NCBI GenBank assembly: GCA_021463485.1
Contig: JAJTYJ010000002.1
Span: 108,638 to 172,637, forward strand
Source of the DNA: a bacterium
Lineage (GTDB): Bacteria > Patescibacteriota > UBA1384 > 2-12-FULL-50-11
Direction of reading: 5' to 3'
Length of the DNA: 64,000 nucleotides
In this document: positions 59,887-64,000 of the stretch, in pieces
How the letters are laid out: each line of letters starts with the position of its first letter
Numbering within the stretch: position 1 is the stretch's first letter
Notes under the pieces: model-generated
Database searches by the model: none
What the model was told of the DNA's origin: nothing
Seen by the model: the letters and a program-made list of their open reading frames with translations, nothing else
Made by a program: the position numbers and the translations under genes

Positions 59887-60634
59887 CGCAACCTATAAAC
59901 CGCCGAAAGCCTCTCAATCGAACGGCAGCAATCGGTCGATTCGACCGTTATTATTTGTAGGTGTTGTGCTCGTTGGAGGACTACTTATCAGTCGTTTACC
60001 TTTTTTCCAGATTAAACACGTTGACGTACGCAACAGTCCATCTATTGCAGTGACGGAGCTAGCACAGTCATTAATTGGTCAATCAATTTTTTCAAATAAA
60101 ATACAAATGGTAGCTCAGCAGGCACTCGAGGAATATCCAGTACTCGAGTCGTTTAACTGTACCCGCGGGTTACCCGCTACGGTACGGTGTGAAGCAAAGG
60201 CTCGTGAGGCTCGGTTCATCTGGAAATCTGGCGATAAATCGTATTTATTAGATAGATCTGGTTACGTCTTTACTGAACTTACGAATGAAACTCTGCCGAT
60301 ACTGGAAGACCGAGCGAGTAAGCCGGTTTCGATCGGCGAAGAAGTTACGAGCGAGGAGACGGTTGCAGTCTACGATCAGCTGGTAACATTACTACTGAAA
60401 GACGGTTTAACCGTTTCCCAGCTTTTTATTTCAGAGTCGTTTTATCAATTCGGCGCTGTAATTAGTGCTCGTGCTAATAAAACGTTCCCAGGAAATCCGA
60501 TATCTGTATTATTTACCACGAGCTATCCGGTTGAATCCCAGGTGACTATTCTAAGTAAAGTCCTTGATGAACGGTCAGCACAGATAAAAGAGCGAATTGA
60601 TCTAAGGGTTCCGGGCAATGTCTATTTCTACTAG
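59849..60634 (+). CDS. ftsQ: Cell division protein FtsQ/DivIB-like (TM plus POTRA)
   Basis: The N-terminal TM is followed directly by a POTRA-like segment (QIKHVDVRN…). Position is after murB in the cluster. Confidence 0.5.
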   Translation: MMRNTAPTPKVFNATYKPPKASQSNGSNRSIRPLLFVGVVLVGGLLISRLPFFQIKHVDVRNSPSIAVTELAQSLIGQSIFSNKIQMVAQQALEEYPVLESFNCTRGLPATVRCEAKAREARFIWKSGDKSYLLDRSGYVFTELTNETLPILEDRASKPVSIGEEVTSEETVAVYDQLVTLLLKDGLTVSQLFISESFYQFGAVISARANKTFPGNPISVLFTTSYPVESQVTILSKVLDERSAQIKERIDLRVPGNVYFY

Positions 60635-62318
60635 CTCACGCCCGCGTTGGCAGGTGCGGAAACGTGAGAGTAATGATATTGTCGAGCATTTATGTGCCAT
60701 TAGATCAATTCGCCCCGAAGAATTATCGCCCGATTTTGAGAGTCATCTTCACGATCCGTTACTATTACCTGATATGGAAAAAGCTTGTCGGGTCTTCTCT
60801 GAGGCAGTACGAGCAAAAAAACACGTTACAATATTTGGCGATTACGACGCCGACGGAACACCGGCAGCGGCGCTCCTCTCACTCTCATTCGACCGACTCG
60901 GTGTACCGCACACTGTCGTGCTGCCGACGCGTGAGACCGGTTACGGTCTAAGGCTCGAAGATGTTGAACAGGCAGCAAAGCACTCAGACGTACTCATAAC
61001 TGTTGATACCGGCATCACGTCAACAAAAGAAGTTTCAAGAGCAAAAGAGTTAGGTTTGCAAGTAATAATTCTTGACCATCACTTGCCGGGTGATGAGATT
61101 CCACCGGCCGATGCGGTCGTTGACCCGTTCGTACCGACATCGAAATACCCGTTCCCACATATTTGCGGCTGCGCCGTTGCGTATAAATTTATCCAAGCAC
61201 TCTCGAAGGAGTTTCCAGACAAGCTCCCAGAATCGTTTCGTAAGTGGTTACTCGATATCGTTGCCATCTCGACGGTAGCCGACATGATGGTAATGCGAGA
61301 CGAAAATCGAACACTGGTTCATTACGGCCTGATTGTGTTGCAAAAGAATCGGCGAGTTGGGTTAAAGGCATTGTTAGAAGTAGCGGGGATCGAACCCAAA
61401 AACGTCGATGCGTCATCGATAGGGTACGCGATCGGTCCTAGATTTAACGCTGGCGGCAGGCTTAGTGATAACCGGATTGTCTACGACTTACTCAGGACCG
61501 AGGATCCACGCGAAGCGCTTAAGCTTGCTCAAACAATCGAACGCTTTAATAAAGAGCGTCAAGACCTAGTTAACGAACTATATCTTCTAGTTGAGAAGGA
61601 GTTATTCCTTCAAAACGACCCAAGCGATAAATTTTTTGTCGTAAGCGGTAAATCTTGGCCTACTGGACTACTTGGTCTGACCGCTGGTAAAATCTGCCAA
61701 CAACACAACCGTCCAGTGGTTGTACTGAGCTATAGTGACGGAAAGTATTCTGGTAGCGGCCGCTCAGGCGATAATTATTCCTTGATCGATGGCCTAACTT
61801 CACATGCGTCGCTACTTGAACGCTTCGGCGGTCATCGGACTGCAGCGGGGCTTGCGTTAAAAAAGGAGAACTACACGAAGTTTGTTAATGGGATCAAAGA
61901 ACACGCAAACCAACAGCTTCCCGAGCAAGACTTATTGGCGAGTTTTAACGCCGATGCGATCTTGCAGCTTGATGAAGTAACATTAGAAACGGCGCGTCGT
62001 ATTAAACAACTTGAGCCGTTTGGCTTGCAGAACCCACAGCCGTTGTTCATTATCCAGAATGTGCAGATAGAGCCTCTCAAAAAACTCGGTCGTAAACAAA
62101 ACCATATTAAAACGATCGGAAAGATCGGCGAGGTGAGTTTTGATATTATCGGTTTTAACATGATCAACACTCATGAGCTTTTTGGTGACGTATCCGCAAT
62201 CGATTGTCTTGGGTCTTTAGAAGAGAACGTTTGGAATAACCGGCGTTCTTTGCAGGTGCGGTTAGTCGACTATCATCCAGCCGGCAAAGAAGTAATTGAA
62301 TTCCATGGCAAGAAGTAA
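60618..62318 (+). CDS. recJ: Single-stranded-DNA-specific exonuclease RecJ
   Basis: DHH motifs (DYDADGT, ILDHHLP) and DHHA1 GGHRTAAG. Length is 566 aa. Confidence 0.85.
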   Translation: MSISTSSRPRWQVRKRESNDIVEHLCAIRSIRPEELSPDFESHLHDPLLLPDMEKACRVFSEAVRAKKHVTIFGDYDADGTPAAALLSLSFDRLGVPHTVVLPTRETGYGLRLEDVEQAAKHSDVLITVDTGITSTKEVSRAKELGLQVIILDHHLPGDEIPPADAVVDPFVPTSKYPFPHICGCAVAYKFIQALSKEFPDKLPESFRKWLLDIVAISTVADMMVMRDENRTLVHYGLIVLQKNRRVGLKALLEVAGIEPKNVDASSIGYAIGPRFNAGGRLSDNRIVYDLLRTEDPREALKLAQTIERFNKERQDLVNELYLLVEKELFLQNDPSDKFFVVSGKSWPTGLLGLTAGKICQQHNRPVVVLSYSDGKYSGSGRSGDNYSLIDGLTSHASLLERFGGHRTAAGLALKKENYTKFVNGIKEHANQQLPEQDLLASFNADAILQLDEVTLETARRIKQLEPFGLQNPQPLFIIQNVQIEPLKKLGRKQNHIKTIGKIGEVSFDIIGFNMINTHELFGDVSAIDCLGSLEENVWNNRRSLQVRLVDYHPAGKEVIEFHGKK

Positions 62319-63600
62319 AGTCACATACTCTTGCTCTAATTGCGGCGCAAAGTTTACCAACTGGTCGGGCCGATGCAGTACATGTGGTGAGTGGAATACG
62401 ATAACTGAAGAACATGACGCTGTTGTGCTAAATGAGAAGAGCGCCGAATCGGTAGAGTTGTCTCCAATCGCATCACTTGCAACCTCAAAGCAAGAGCGAA
62501 TCCTCTCAAAATTAGCTGAGTTTGATCGTGTTCTCGGCGGTGACGACCCAGGGATCGTACCAGGTTCGGTACTGCTGTTGGCTGGCACGCCGGGGGTTGG
62601 TAAGAGCACGCTGCTACTACAGGTTGCTAGCTCAATTAAAGGAACACTCTATTTTTCGGCCGAAGAATCAACGAATCAAATTTATCTTCGTGCGTCTCGC
62701 TTAGGATTAACGAAGAGTCAGTTATCGATCGCAGCTGAACGCGATATTAATCGGATTATCGCGACGATTAAACAACACCGACCGCCTTTAGTGGTTATCG
62801 ACTCGATTCAAACCGTGTTTGATGATACGGTCGCTGGTACTCCCGGCTCGCTAGTGCAGGTTCGCGAGAACACGTGGCGACTCCAGCAGTTAGCTAAGCA
62901 GCTCGGCACTGCGATCTTGGTAGTCGGTCACGTTACTAAAGAGGGCGTAGTTGCGGGTCCGAAAGTCTTAGAGCACCTCGTCGACGTCGTTCTCTACCTA
63001 GAAGGCGATAAACAAACCGGATTGAGGGTGCTTCGCGCAGAAAAAAATCGATACGGATCGACCGATGAAGTCGGTATCTGGCAGATTACTCAAAGCGGTC
63101 TCGATCCGGTTAAAGACCCTGGGGCGCTATTTGAGCAGTTGATCGGTGAGGAGATTCCAGGTCGCTCGTTAACCATTACCCAAGAAGGTAGTCGCGCTTT
63201 CGTTGTTGAGATTCAAGCCTTACTTACTAAAACAAGCTACGGTTATCCAAAGCGAACAGCGCAAGGAATCGAAGCTAACCGCTTAACGGTGCTATTAGCA
63301 GTACTGGAGAACCGCCTAGAGCTGCCACTCTCACAGTACGATGTTTATTTAAATGTAGTCGGGGGATTTAGCTTGAAAGACCCGGGAATCGATTTGGCTA
63401 TCGCGGCAGCGATTATCTCTGGATTAACTAAAAAAGTTCTCCAGCCTAAGATGGTTTTCTTGGGTGAGATCGGTCTGCTCGGTGAGGTTAGACCGCCGTT
63501 TGATAGTGAACGTCGCATCAAAGAAGCGAAACGTCTTGGCTATACTGTCAACCCAAAACTTCGCTCAGTCCGAGCCATACCAGTACTGATTGAGAAGTAA
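62296..63600 (+). CDS. radA: DNA repair protein RadA/Sms
   Basis: N-terminal C4 zinc finger CSNCGAKFTNWSGRCSTCGEW, Walker A GTPGVGKST, KNRFG-type motif EKNRYGSTDE, and a Lon-like C-terminus. Confidence 0.9.
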   Translation: MNSMARSKVTYSCSNCGAKFTNWSGRCSTCGEWNTITEEHDAVVLNEKSAESVELSPIASLATSKQERILSKLAEFDRVLGGDDPGIVPGSVLLLAGTPGVGKSTLLLQVASSIKGTLYFSAEESTNQIYLRASRLGLTKSQLSIAAERDINRIIATIKQHRPPLVVIDSIQTVFDDTVAGTPGSLVQVRENTWRLQQLAKQLGTAILVVGHVTKEGVVAGPKVLEHLVDVVLYLEGDKQTGLRVLRAEKNRYGSTDEVGIWQITQSGLDPVKDPGALFEQLIGEEIPGRSLTITQEGSRAFVVEIQALLTKTSYGYPKRTAQGIEANRLTVLLAVLENRLELPLSQYDVYLNVVGGFSLKDPGIDLAIAAAIISGLTKKVLQPKMVFLGEIGLLGEVRPPFDSERRIKEAKRLGYTVNPKLRSVRAIPVLIEK

Positions 63601-63603
63601 TCT

Positions 63604-64000
63604 TAAGGCGGAGTGATTACAACGTACGGATTGTTGGTGTTGTTCTCGTTACCTATTTCGTCAACGGTTTTAGCAACGAATCGGTGAGCGATTAGACTCG
63701 TTAGCCCGCTAATAACTACCGATTTATTTGGTTTATTAACTTCAATAGTTCGAAGTAAGGTGTTACTCGCGTCAAGGTATACGTAAATCCTAACTAGTTT
63801 GAAGTCGCTTTGCGGCGGATTTGATGCCCAGAGGAGCGAGACTTTCCCGGAGCCCGGCCCGGGTGAGCCGGTAAAGCCAGAAACGTTGTCTGGTGGCGTC
63901 GTGTCGTTAGTTACAGTAACCGTAACTTGGGTCGAGGCAGTCGCGCCGTTATTACTTGTTACGATCGCGCCGATCGTATGAGAACCGTTTGATAAATTGG
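63604..64000 (-). CDS. C-terminal fragment of a surface/secreted protein (5' end beyond the window)
   Basis: The minus-strand frame is open from the window edge to TAA at 63604-63606. The sequence …VTVTVTNDTTPPDNVSGFTGSPGPGSGKVSLLWASNPPQSDFKLVRIYVYLD… is beta-rich, possibly an FN3/Ig-like fold. It is absent from the ORF track because no Met lies within the window. Confidence 0.4.

Overview
This 64-kb window comes from a moderately AT-rich (roughly 45% GC) bacterial chromosome with small-genome, Gram-positive-like or CPR/Patescibacteria-like housekeeping content. Recognisable genes include proS, tpiA, pgk, tig-clpP, recO, alr, glyQS, a nearly complete dcw/mur cell-wall cluster (mraZ to ftsQ), recJ and radA. 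The rRNA genes are unlinked. The 16S (25057-26505) lies about 12.4 kb upstream of 23S-5S (38890-42391). The interval between them is filled with tRNAs and protein-coding genes. Much of it is visibly GC-richer (about 58-60% by eye) and looks foreign: an L,D-transpeptidase, a long dCTP-deaminase-like gene, an LpxC-like deacetylase, fpg, and several lipoproteins. Two things stand out. (1) A 12.4-kb, tightly coupled minus-strand operon (6001-18423) encodes a 2201-aa giant surface protein, three tandem paralogous ~365-aa secreted proteins, a DUF916-like protein with a C-terminal membrane anchor, and a polytopic membrane protein with transthyretin-like domains. The four secreted members share an unrecognised C-terminal domain that ends in Y[VI][CV]TG[IT]F. 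The layout resembles Gram-positive Csc/WxL cell-surface complexes, but the domain has no WxL motifs. (2) A complete tRNA-Ile(GAU) gene sits inside a 125-nt insertion at canonical intron position 37/38 of a second, co-varying tRNA-Ile(GAU) gene. The nested gene is bracketed by a 13-bp inverted repeat. Other candidates are a three-hairpin GC-rich element between tig and clpP, a GC-rich promoter-to-terminator unit upstream of a membrane-protein gene, a protein ORF between 23S and 5S, MraZ operator repeats, and an atypical dcw cluster (no murE, ddl, ftsA or ftsZ; a truncated MurF; a second divergent MurB). All calls rest on reading the sequence and on recalled family signatures. No database searches were run.
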